DNA from: Candidatus Poribacteria bacterium
GTDB taxonomy: Bacteria; Poribacteria; WGA-4E; WGA-3G
Assembly (NCBI GenBank): GCA_965205025.1
Contig: CBDBFU010000007.1
Coordinates: 96,001 to 160,000 of the forward strand
Direction of reading: 5' to 3'
Length of the DNA stretch: 64,000 nucleotides
Of this stretch, positions 39,769 through 48,951 are shown piece by piece; the stretch's first letter is position 1; each line of letters opens with the position of its first letter. The notes beneath the pieces were generated by a model. The model ran no database searches. It saw nothing but the letters and a program-made list of their open reading frames with translations, and was not told the DNA's origin. The translations under genes and the position numbers were made by a program.

Positions 39769-40242
39769 TTAGTACTTCAAATTTTCTTTAGTCATAAACC
39801 CTTCAAGATTTGTGCATTCAATTTTAAATTCTTTGCATATATTTGGTATGCTTGAACTATTCGGTTTTTCTTTTTCCTCTGTAACAACACATGCGTTTTT
39901 TACTTTAGCTAAAGCTATAATAAAAGGATCCGCAAAATACCCTCCTTGTAGAAACCTTTTTGCTTCTAATAGTGCCTTGAACTTTTTGGACAAAAAGATC
40001 TGTTCAACAAAAGTAGTTTCTGCTAATGTTGGAACAAGAAAAATATCTCTATTTTCTGTTGCCCATTTTAGTATCTGTTCATCGTCTTGAAATCTCACAT
40101 CAAGTTCATTTTTCACCTCTCTTGTTGATATTATTTTTTCGTAAATTACATAATTTTGTATATCACTCCAAAAGTTTAAAAACCGACTTTGAAAAATAAA
40201 GCGTAAGGTAGAAACACTACTTGTGTCAAATGCATAAGTCAT
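39769..40242 (-). CDS. DUF4411 family PIN-like protein
   Basis: YAFDTSS, EVKNEL, ADPFIIALAK..ACVVTEE...IPNIC..F.IEC; 4-bp overlap with upstream IrrE-like gene. Confidence 0.88.
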   Translation of the reverse strand: MTYAFDTSSVSTLRFIFQSRFLNFWSDIQNYVIYEKIISTREVKNELDVRFQDDEQILKWATENRDIFLVPTLAETTFVEQIFLSKKFKALLEAKRFLQGGYFADPFIIALAKVKNACVVTEEKEKPNSSSIPNICKEFKIECTNLEGFMTKENLKY

Positions 40243-41390
40243 GAATTCGCTATCCTCTGTATAAAACTATCTTCAAGTTTAGGTATATTTTTTTCCTGAA
40301 CATTAAAATAACTGGCCAATTGATCAATAGAACATTTGCCTTCATAATGTTTTTTAAATGCAAGTGTTAAAAAATGTTGGCCTAAATACATAATTTGATT
40401 ATAGTAATAGTTTCCTCCTCCTGAAGATTGGCTATTTTTTGACTTATTTTTACCTTCTTTACGCCACTTAGACAATTGTTTTTGGTAAATAGTATCGGAT
40501 ATTGCCTCTATTTGCAGAAACTTTAATAAAATCACGTGTAAGCTTACTTTATAAACATTAGCAATATCTCTTACTGCTTTCTCACTATATTCAACAGTTG
40601 CATAATGATCGGTAAAATGCTTTAATGGCACTAAAAACTCTGATGAAAACTTGTTGCAAAATACCTCATCTCTTTTATTCTTTGAGACTAGATCGCTTGT
40701 AATACCATTGTTTCCTAATAAAATATGAGCCAACTCATGAAACAAGGTAAATATTTGCCTGCTTTCAACATTTGTATTATTTAAGTAAATTACTGGAAAC
40801 ATATCATGTGTTAAGCAAAACCCGTCTACTTGATCATCATCAAAAGCCTCTTTAAAGACAAAAATGCCTTTATCTTGAATTTTATCTCTCCACCTAACAA
40901 GTGCTGATTGTGTATCTTTCCAAAAGATTTGATCCTCTACAGATATATCTAAATATTCTCTAACCTCCGCAGCTAGTCTTATAGGAGATCTGTTACGTTT
41001 GGCTTGAATAGTATCAAAAATTTTGTCCCCTTCAAAGTCCTCTTTTTCGTAAAGTTCCTCTAACGCAAGTTGTCGGGTAAAAGCTTGACGATATAGACGA
41101 TATATTTTGGGTTTCAATTTTTCAATTTCGGAAGATCGTAACATTGGCTGATCCATAATATATTCTTCTTCTGGAGGTTCTGGTAAGAAAAAAACTGCTA
41201 TTGGTCGTCCATATTTCCTCGCTAATGTTTCAAGTTGAATATAAGTTGGTGCTTTTATTCCTGCCTCCCAATCTTCTATAGTTTCTTTTTCTTTATTGAA
41301 TTCTTTTGCAATACCCTCTTCGGAATAACCTGAACGTATCCGTGCCCATTTAAGAATGTCGCAATTTACATTTGTAATTTTTTCACGCAT
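40239..41390 (-). CDS. XRE-HTH plus ImmA/IrrE metallo-endopeptidase
   Basis: LKWAR.RSG..WE.G..PT..QL HTH; RQIFTLFHELAH; E.FCNKF.SEFLVP. Confidence 0.92.
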   Translation of the reverse strand: MREKITNVNCDILKWARIRSGYSEEGIAKEFNKEKETIEDWEAGIKAPTYIQLETLARKYGRPIAVFFLPEPPEEEYIMDQPMLRSSEIEKLKPKIYRLYRQAFTRQLALEELYEKEDFEGDKIFDTIQAKRNRSPIRLAAEVREYLDISVEDQIFWKDTQSALVRWRDKIQDKGIFVFKEAFDDDQVDGFCLTHDMFPVIYLNNTNVESRQIFTLFHELAHILLGNNGITSDLVSKNKRDEVFCNKFSSEFLVPLKHFTDHYATVEYSEKAVRDIANVYKVSLHVILLKFLQIEAISDTIYQKQLSKWRKEGKNKSKNSQSSGGGNYYYNQIMYLGQHFLTLAFKKHYEGKCSIDQLASYFNVQEKNIPKLEDSFIQRIANS

Positions 41391-41879
41391 AATATACTCC
41401 CTATATCATACATTCTACAATACAACGACTATCCTGTACCGCTACACTCTTATGATTCTTTGAAGGTAATTTTGGTGACAGAAAATCAATGACTTGCCAT
41501 TCTATTTTACTCAGTTCCATCTAAAACCAACTACCAATAATTTTATATGATATAGTTTAACAGAAATGATTTAGGATTAAAAGACAAATTTATACTATTG
41601 CAATTTATGAGATATACTGTATTTTCTAATCACCATAGTTGGAAGATTATAGATTTTAAATCATTCTAAATATATTTTATGTGATTGTAATATATGGATG
41701 TTAGATGTTAGTGATTTATATTTCTTCAATTTAATTTGAAATTGTAGAATTGGGAGTTGTTGAAGGTTTGGGAATAACTTATACCATTTCTGATAATTAA
41801 AATCTCTTTGAATGTTGCACAAACTTCATGAAGATTAACTTTTTAAATCGGTAATTCTAATTCCCCAGACCCGGTATGT

Positions 41880-41960
41880 ATTGAGTCCCGTAGGGACGGA
41901 ATGTCTATAGAAAAACGTGGATACTCCATAATTGAGTCCCGTAGGGACGGAATGTTTATA
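41880..41960 (+). repeat. Hairpin doublet, 51-bp period
   Basis: ATTGAGTCCCGTAGGGACGGAATGT at 41880 and 41931. Confidence 0.85.
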
Positions 41961-42058
41961 TTTTGAAATGTAATACCATTTCTATAATATTGATCCCACA
42001 TCACTCATTGTAAAAAGAGAATTTATAGAACTAAATAACCTGCCCCAACCATTCTTCT

Positions 42059-42087
42059 TTGACACATACAGGTGTCTATGTTAAAAT
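42059..42087 (+). promoter_or_regulatory. Sigma70-like promoter
   Basis: TTGACA-17bp-TAAAAT with TG extension, ~150 nt upstream of ATG 42239. Confidence 0.55.
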
Positions 42088-42238
42088 GCTTTCAACTTTA
42101 AGTGTCAAAGTAACATAAATGGCGAAACTTTAAGCTCAGAAAAGGGCGAGAAAAGTACAGAAGGGCAAGAAACTGATCGGCGTAATGTTTTATAGAGAAA
42201 GCTCTACATAATCATCTTTTGCTGAAAGGATTATAGTT

Positions 42239-42619
42239 ATGATAGAATTTTTATCAATTTTTATCTCACTTATAGGACTGTGGTTCCAACTTGTTGGAAA
42301 GAGCGACAAAGTAAAATTCCAACGTTACAAAGAGAAAGGAACGGAGATAAAAGAGTCCGGTCAACTTGCAAAAGCTGCGAAATTTTATAAAAAAGCCCTT
42401 GATATTGCAGAAGAAGACACCCAACAAGCAGAAATATGGGAGTTACTTGTATATATTCACACAGATAGAGCAATCGGAGCGAGTAAACAATACAAGCAAA
42501 AAACAGGACATATTATGCTATCTAAGAATAACGAAGGAAAATTGGAACCATGGAATTTCGGACCAGGTAAAATATCAAGTGACTACAAACCTCCACCCAA
42601 AGAAGAACTCCTAAAATGA
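42239..42619 (+). CDS. Small membrane-anchored protein with a TPR-like helix pair
   Basis: N-terminal hydrophobic helix; AAKFYKKALDIA; AAGGA RBS. Confidence 0.6.
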   Translation: MIEFLSIFISLIGLWFQLVGKSDKVKFQRYKEKGTEIKESGQLAKAAKFYKKALDIAEEDTQQAEIWELLVYIHTDRAIGASKQYKQKTGHIMLSKNNEGKLEPWNFGPGKISSDYKPPPKEELLK

Positions 42620-42770
42620 TAGAAGTTTAGGAATAATTAGTAAGCAAAGTGTTAGTTGCACTGAGACCTACTAAATTAGCTGACAGTATAGTATTATCCA
42701 CATTTACTACATACTTTATCATCAGACGCTGATAAAGCATCAAAACATTTGATGACTTTGTAAATTTATC

Positions 42771-42821
42771 CAGGACTTACGCAGTTTTAAATATTGCGTA
42801 ATGTGAATATTGCGTAATGTG
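42771..42821. repeat. IS-end-like CAGGACTTACGCA plus a 16-bp tandem duplication
   Basis: CAGGACTTACG also at 30739; AATATTGCGTAATGTG twice (42790-42821). Confidence 0.55.
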
Positions 42822-42880
42822 CGGGAAATCTGTGAGTTTTTCATCTGACCACATTCAAAATATCAACGCTTCTGCAATAT

Positions 42881-43288
42881 TTAAACGACTTTGTATGCTA
42901 TTTTGATGTTTTGTGCCCGTAAGAACTCACATATATCTTCAATGGGTTGTAGAAACTGCTTTGTAATAATAAATAAGCGTAGATGTTTAGAGTAATCTTT
43001 TGATACTGTTTTATGTTTATAATACTTCATGTAACCAATGGCACAATCTAACACTTGTCCTACAGATTCGCGAATTCTGTCATTCGGATGATCACCAATC
43101 TTGTTTTTAACTTCGACGATTACAATTGAACCTTTGGAATCCTTCCCTACTAAATCGGGTTTTACATGTTTTCTACTATTATATGTTCTTGGAATATGTG
43201 TTACAGAATCATCCCAACAAATATCAGGATACCATCTGTTAATATTATACTTAACTTCGTTTAGATATTTATCATGTACTTCACTCAT
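42881..43288 (-). CDS. Stand-alone PD-(D/E)xK nuclease, similar to the NucS/EndoMS C-terminal domain
   Basis: KPDLVGKDSKGSIVIVEVK...ESVGQVL. Confidence 0.72.
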   Translation of the reverse strand: MSEVHDKYLNEVKYNINRWYPDICWDDSVTHIPRTYNSRKHVKPDLVGKDSKGSIVIVEVKNKIGDHPNDRIRESVGQVLDCAIGYMKYYKHKTVSKDYSKHLRLFIITKQFLQPIEDICEFLRAQNIKIAYKVV

Positions 43289-43337
43289 ACTTACATAATC
43301 CTTTTTATAAGGGTTTATGCATTTCCTCTTTGTCTAT

Positions 43338-43439
43338 AGCCCCAGCGGGGCGAAAGGTGTGTAGAAACGCCATAACTCCCAAAGTCCAAGCCCCAGCGGG
43401 GCGAAAGGTGTGTCGCTTAAAATTGTCCAAACTATAGTA
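43338..43439 (+). repeat. Hairpin doublet (51-bp period) with one MITE end
   Basis: AGCCCCAGCGGGGCGAAAGGTGTGT at 43338 and 43389; AAATTGTCCAAACTATAGTA at 43420. Confidence 0.85.
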
Positions 43440-43443
43440 GTAA

Positions 43444-44856
43444 TTACAACACATCTCTTACAGCGTGGGGTAATTTAGGTAATACGTCGTTATAGTAATC
43501 TTGAATCTGGTATATCTGTAAACGTGGGGCAGTGAATTCGTAACTGGGATGCTCATACATTCCAGATTTTGCTGCCTCTGCTTCCATTCCAGGAGAGGGT
43601 GGTGTCGTAACCAAAAATACACCCATCTCTGCCTCTTCATTCTCCATTGCAGTTCGGAAATCACGGATTTGTCCGAGTGTGTATGTTCCGGCTTTTATCT
43701 GTGCAACCACTGTTCCATAAGCCTGTCTACCTTGTTCTCTACCTAATGGAAATCTCATAGTTCCGTCAATGCCACCATCACCACCTCGTCTTACATTGGC
43801 TTTGAATTTCAGCGCGTGTGTAACAGTCCACTGTTCGAAACCATGTGGCTCGGTTCGTGCAAGTTCTAATGCTTGTTCCAGACTTTCTGGTGTACCTGCA
43901 AGTGTGATTAGGTTTTGTAATTGCGGGAGATACTTCTCTATTTGGAGTTTTACTGCACCTGTAGCAAGATAGGTTAAATCAATTCCGATCCAATGCCTTC
44001 CCAGTTCTTCAGCTGCCATGAGCGTTGTTCCACATCCACAGAATGGGTCAAGAACGAAGTCATCTTTGTTTGATGAGGCAGCGACGATCCGTTTGTAGAG
44101 TTCTAACGGTTTTTGTGTGGGGTAGCCAGTGCGTTCCTTAGATGATGGCATAATAGGTTGCATTACCCACCAGTCTTCAGGATGTTTTCCTTTTTCGTTC
44201 ATATCGTAGTTGTCATAAACTCTGTCCCCTCTGAATGCTTTTGCCGTGTATCTTAACCTTTCTTGGCTCTCTTGTGAATAAGGCATTCTAATGTCGTCAA
44301 CATTAAAAGTCATATCTTTGGATTGGGAGTATCTAAAAATAATATCGTGCTTTCTTGAGAAATCATTTTTTGGAACTCCACCACCCCTATAACACCAGAT
44401 TATCTCATTTCTAAAATGCATCGCTCCAAACACAGAATCCAAGATAATTTTGAGATAGTGGCTTGCTGTTGGATCGCAATGGAGGTATAGGCTACCGGTT
44501 GGCTTGAGTATCCTGTGCATTTCTACAATTCTTATTGCCATCATGACAAGATATGCCATCATTGGTGTTTCGTTTAGAAATTTGCGTAATCCCTCAATAG
44601 TATCCCCTACCTGTCCACCAACACCAACAACCAATTCATCGTATGTAATTTCAGCTTCAGTCCCCCAGTTCCATGTGTCAGTAAATGCTTTAACCAAGAC
44701 ATCGGGTTGACGTCCCTGTTCGTCCCGGTATGGTACAAAATAGTCGCGTTTGGAATTGAAGGGTGGGTCGGTTGCAATGAGATCTATACATTCGTCAGGG
44801 AAGTTTCGCATTTCGGTGAGGTTATCACCACGTATTAGTGTTCGGTTTGGGTGCAT
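43444..44856 (-). CDS. N4/N6 DNA methyltransferase (beta class) fused to an Mrr-like endonuclease domain
   Basis: DPPF before FCGCG; GYPTQKP; C-terminal FEQW..GGDGGIDG...AQIK. Confidence 0.9.
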   Translation of the reverse strand: MHPNRTLIRGDNLTEMRNFPDECIDLIATDPPFNSKRDYFVPYRDEQGRQPDVLVKAFTDTWNWGTEAEITYDELVVGVGGQVGDTIEGLRKFLNETPMMAYLVMMAIRIVEMHRILKPTGSLYLHCDPTASHYLKIILDSVFGAMHFRNEIIWCYRGGGVPKNDFSRKHDIIFRYSQSKDMTFNVDDIRMPYSQESQERLRYTAKAFRGDRVYDNYDMNEKGKHPEDWWVMQPIMPSSKERTGYPTQKPLELYKRIVAASSNKDDFVLDPFCGCGTTLMAAEELGRHWIGIDLTYLATGAVKLQIEKYLPQLQNLITLAGTPESLEQALELARTEPHGFEQWTVTHALKFKANVRRGGDGGIDGTMRFPLGREQGRQAYGTVVAQIKAGTYTLGQIRDFRTAMENEEAEMGVFLVTTPPSPGMEAEAAKSGMYEHPSYEFTAPRLQIYQIQDYYNDVLPKLPHAVRDVL

Positions 44857-45097
44857 CTACGTTATCCTTCGGAATCTGGAAGTTTTCTACTTATTAATAC
44901 TGTCTTTATTTCTTGTAAGTTATCGTTAATTTGATTCAATGATTTCGACTTACTTTCAATAAGATTGTTATTATACCACAATCTTGTTTTAGAGAGTGGC
45001 CTGAATTTCCGATGGCAGTACAATGCTTTAATATTTAATATAGCACAAATCATGTATACATGTTAGAATACTTCTATTAGGTTATGTGAGGTGTCCC

Positions 45098-45573
45098 TTG
45101 GATAACACGAAAGCACCCAACAAGATAAAGAACATTATTTAGCTCGTTATACGTGGTATGCTAAGGCATCAAAAAACTATTTCTTAATATTTTTTATTGT
45201 TGTCATTGGATATATCCTATACTTAATATTTTTTGTTTCCGGACAACCTTCTTTGGGTATCATCACAACGTTATTCAATAATAGTCCGAAAATCTTTGTG
45301 ACTTTAACCTTAATCATTACATTTTTGGAAGGCGGAGGTGTTATTGTGTTCTTGTTTCGTTTACTCTGGGAAGAGAGAAAAAGAAAAAATCAGGAAGCGC
45401 GCGATAAAGAAAAATTAGAAATTATCCAACCATTTTTAGATTGGGATAGACAAAGACGAGCAGCTGAAGCACGAGGGGAGATATTCACTGAACCAATGCC
45501 GTCGGCTGCTGATTTCAATATCAATATTCCCATAACTACGCAGGACTCTCAAATAGATAATAATCCAGTGTGA
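45098..45573 (+). pseudogene. Two-TM membrane protein, frameshifted near the start
   Basis: GAGGTG RBS and TTG 45098; one added A at ~45104 gives MDKHESTQQDKEHYL...FLIFFIVV in frame with ORF 45253-45573. Confidence 0.5.
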
Positions 45574-45579
45574 TAAACT

Positions 45580-45895
45580 ATGTTTGTGAAAACACAATTT
45601 GAAAAGATTGTAAACCTTACTCATCATTCTACAATTGAAATAGATTTTAGTCTGCCAATCCATGGACATCATTTTCATCAAATATGGGCATGGGTAGAAA
45701 CGCCTGGATCGTAGAAGTAGCAAACAGACACTTGCCCAATGGAAAGCTGACATCAATGATCAAATAAAGGATATTGAAGCAAAGCAGGCAACAAAAGTTT
45801 TTGACGAAATATTCAACCGTCTATTTGCTGGCGACAACGCTTTTGATTTGAAAGCATATATTAACAATTTATCTAACGATCCATCCTCTTTCTGA
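45580..45895 (+). pseudogene. Small hypothetical protein (~104 aa) with a +1 frameshift at ~45700
   Basis: MFVKTQFEKIVNL...WAWVE then RLDRRSSKQTLAQW...NAFDLKAYINNLSNDPSSF* after removing one A. Confidence 0.5.
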
Positions 45896-45958
45896 TTATG
45901 TAATGCTGGCAGCGAAATCCGATGCCAGCACTCTCAATCCGATATAACATACCCTAAC

Positions 45959-46550
45959 CTAAGATTCCGAAGTTGTTAGTATGCGCTTGAGTTTAGCATA
46001 TTCTGTTTCGCATGCTTCTTTCGTACCTTGGAACAGAATATAAGGGTCTTCACCTCCGCTTGCTCTCCAAGCATGGATTTCGTATTCATCCTCAGTTCGT
46101 AGCATCTCAAAATGTTTTATTGAATTTCTCCTTTTCCTCTGGAGTCATATCATCAGTAAAGTCAAGCGAGGTAACATTCAACTAATACGTCTTTAACATA
46201 ACCTGTGTCAGTTATTCCACCAACAGGTATTATGGCGTTATACTCCTGCCAGTGTTGGCTATATGGGGATGTCACTTTTACAGGTATCTCAGGAGGTAAC
46301 GTGCCTTCTTCCACATATCTTTGTTTATTCTGTTCGGTATTCTCAATTGCCACCTTTGGTGTTTTCCATACACGATTAAGTCTTACTCTGCATTCTATTG
46401 GAACCTTGGACTTTCTTAGGTTACGACCTGCCTCCAACATATTTTGAAAAATTCAACTAAAACACAACAACCAAAAAATAATTGAAGAATTATTTGAAGA
46501 AAACCAAACCATAATACAACTAAAGATATAATATTGTAGAGATTCTCATA
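45959..46550 (-). pseudogene. Multiply frameshifted hypothetical gene remnant
   Basis: Abutting fragments in different frames (SLVVLWFGFLQ..; ORF 46162-46440; VTSLDFTDDMTPEEKEKFNK; HFEMLRTEDE...TSES*). Confidence 0.4.
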
Positions 46551-46610
46551 ACATATTACTAATATCAGTAAATAAAATAAAACAATATGTCACAATATAT
46601 AATTTTTTGC

Positions 46611-46639
46611 TTGACATATACATCTTATTATGTTACTAT
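46611..46639 (+). promoter_or_regulatory. Near-consensus promoter with no credible downstream ORF
   Basis: TTGACA-17bp-TACTAT with TG extension. Confidence 0.55.
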
Positions 46640-47190
46640 ATATATCACATTAAAAGTATTCCTGAAATGTATTCACGAAACTTTTACAACTGTTGTAAAA
46701 AAAGAAATTAAAATCTCATACTCTTACAAACCTATACCAGAACAGGGATAGAACACTTCAAACAAGAACAGAGTATGAATTTTCTAAAAAAAATAAAAAA
46801 AATGGCGATTTCTCAGGTATATCTATAAACCCTTTCTGGGACTGATTTTAGACCAGTTTTAATTCTGGAATTTAAAAAATGTGTTGTAAAAATAATAATA
46901 CTAAGTTTACACAATTTGTAACGTGGAGGAAAAATGTGAATATTCTTGTAAGTGGACTATTCGTTCTCTGTTACCGCGGAGAAAACAGATGGCATTTTAT
47001 AGAATTTACACACATAACCAAGCAACAAACACACCTAAGAATCCGTCTAAATTTACCTATATGAAATGTCATATTGAACAAGGTCAACGAAATGAAAAAA
47101 GGACAAATTTGGAATTTATTAATTTTTCAATTTAGAACGCTATAAAGTCAGTCTATAACAGGGGTTACAGGGTAATTTTACACCAATTTC

Positions 47191-47225
47191 AATGTCACAC
47201 CGTGTGACAAAAAGTGTAACTTTTT
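47191..47225 (-). repeat. Right 35-bp inverted repeat
   Basis: AATGTCACACCGTGTGACAAAAAGTGTAACTTTTT, the inverted partner of 39321-39355. Confidence 0.85.
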
Positions 47226-47547
47226 CGACTTATGAGTAGAATCGAGAAAACAATAAATTCACCTTATATGTATATTTTGAAACCGCACTACCTGACAAGT
47301 GTGTAATCTCTAATAAGAATATACGAACTTAACAAGTTGATTGATGAAAAGGATCAACCTATATGACCTAAAATGTGTTGCGAATCGCAGGTTAAGGCAG
47401 TATAATAGGAATACCGAAGAGGGATTTTAGATATAAGTTCTTGTTTGAGAATATTGATACTTTCAGGTTGGATATTTTTGCTCAGGTATTCTTATTATAA
47501 TAGATGATATAAACAATCTATCATATATAAATCAAAAACAATACTTT

Positions 47548-47769
47548 TACTAAACTTTGGACAATTTAAAGATACACATTTCGCCCCGCTGGGGCTTGGA
47601 GCTTGGGGGGTATGGCGTTTCTATAGACATTTCGCCCCGCTGGGGCTGCGTTTTGGTGTATCCGAGTTTATTTTTCTCCGAGTTGGATCGTTGTGAGAAA
47701 CATTGAGAAAAATCAGAAACGCTTTGAAAAGAGGTTATGTATCTCACAGAAATTGTCCAAACTTTAGTA
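47548..47769. mobile_element. 222-bp MITE with 20-bp TIRs carrying a 51-bp-period hairpin doublet
   Basis: TACTAAACTTTGGACAATTT / AAATTGTCCAAACTTTAGTA (19/20); ACATTTCGCCCCGCTGGGGCT at 47576 and 47627. Confidence 0.82.
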
Positions 47770-47819
47770 CTTTCAGTAAAGTGTGAATAATAAAAAGAGG
47801 GCCGACAAAGGAGATTACG

Positions 47820-48780
47820 ATGGCGAATATAAGAATCCCTAAAGGATGGGAAATACCTGAAAATCAGGTGACTCCTGAATCAACATATATAAATCGAAGA
47901 AAATTCATCAAAAATCTTGGCATAGTAGGGGCAGGCACATTATCTCTTTTTGGTACACCCGCTTGTGCTCAAAATAGGGGTGTTGCCAAGCAACTGGAAG
48001 AATATAAGAAACATACTCTTAACGCAGAAAAGAACACAAACTATACCGTCACCCGTCCACAGACAGATGAAATTACTGCCGCAACATATAATAACTATTA
48101 TGAATTCACAAGTTCAAAAACCACTGTTTGGAAAAGAGTAGAAAAGTTTGAAACGCGTCCCTGGGAAATTGAGATATCTGGACTGGTTGAAAATCCGATG
48201 ACGTTAGATGTAGATGAATTAATTAAACAAATGCCACTTGAAGAACGGATCTATCGTTTTCGTTGTGTTGAAACGTGGGCAATGGTTGTGCCGTGGATTG
48301 GGTTTCCAATGAAAGCACTTATTGACAAAGTTCAACCGAAATCTTCCGCTAAATACGTCGAGATGTTAACTTTCCTTGATCCTGATATTGCTCCCCAACA
48401 AAGAAATGCTCGTATGCCGTGGCCCTATTTGGAAGGATTGACGATTGACGAAGCAATGAATGAGCTAACGCTTTTAGTTGTAGGGATCTATGGACATATC
48501 TTACCGCCACAACACGGTGCTCCTATACGATAATTGTACCATGGAAATACGGCTTTAAGAGTATCAAATCTATAGTTAGCATAGAGTTTACGAACAAGAA
48601 ACCTCGTAATTTCTGGAATCGTTTATTACCAAGGAGAATACGGTTTTGAAGCAAATGTTAACCCTAACGTTCCACATCCCACGTTGGTCGCAAGCTATGG
48701 AATGGATGATCGGTTCAAGAGACAGATACCCCACTAAAATCTATAATGGCTATGGTGAGAGTGTTGCACATCTTTACTAA
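47820..48780 (+). pseudogene. msrP: Protein-methionine-sulfoxide reductase catalytic subunit MsrP with three 1-bp frameshifts (possibly sequencing errors)
   Basis: Tat NRRKFI; YNNYYEF; RFRCVETW; GAPIR|[12 protein letters not shown]...|[13 protein letters not shown]|RWSQA...YNGYGE.VAHLY* at 48780. Confidence 0.9.
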
Positions 48781-48795
48781 GAACAAATTCCAAAG

Positions 48796-48945
48796 TATAG
48801 TGAACAATAAAATTAATACAACATTTTCTGTTGGCTCAACTTACGTTTGCGTCCCACATCTCTTCTGTAGGAACAACCTCTTGGTCGCGACCGGGAGGTC
48901 GCTCCTACAAGTAAAGTGTCTAAATTAAATCTAATGTTTATTATA
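48796..48945. mobile_element. MITE carrying a GTAG-type REP hairpin (copy 2)
   Basis: Colinear with 38772-38924 (TTGGCTCAACTTACGTTTGCGTCC, GGTCGCGACC, GGAGGTCGCTCCTACAAGTAAAG). Confidence 0.75.
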
Positions 48946-48951
48946 TATCCA

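Noticed and set aside
41880-41960. Mini CRISPR array (two repeats, one spacer)
   Set aside because: Only two units, no cas genes, and the same architecture recurs as dispersed doublets with related linkers at 43338 and 47576
46879-47135. Short ORFs downstream of the orphan promoter
   Set aside because: Non-ATG starts, two overlapping frames, no recognisable content
47550-47747. 65-aa ORF with a PQRGEM repeat
   Set aside because: It is only the translation of the MITE hairpin doublet
48530-48680. Programmed frameshifting or recoding in msrP
   Set aside because: Three shifts in mixed directions without slippery heptamers; error or decay is simpler
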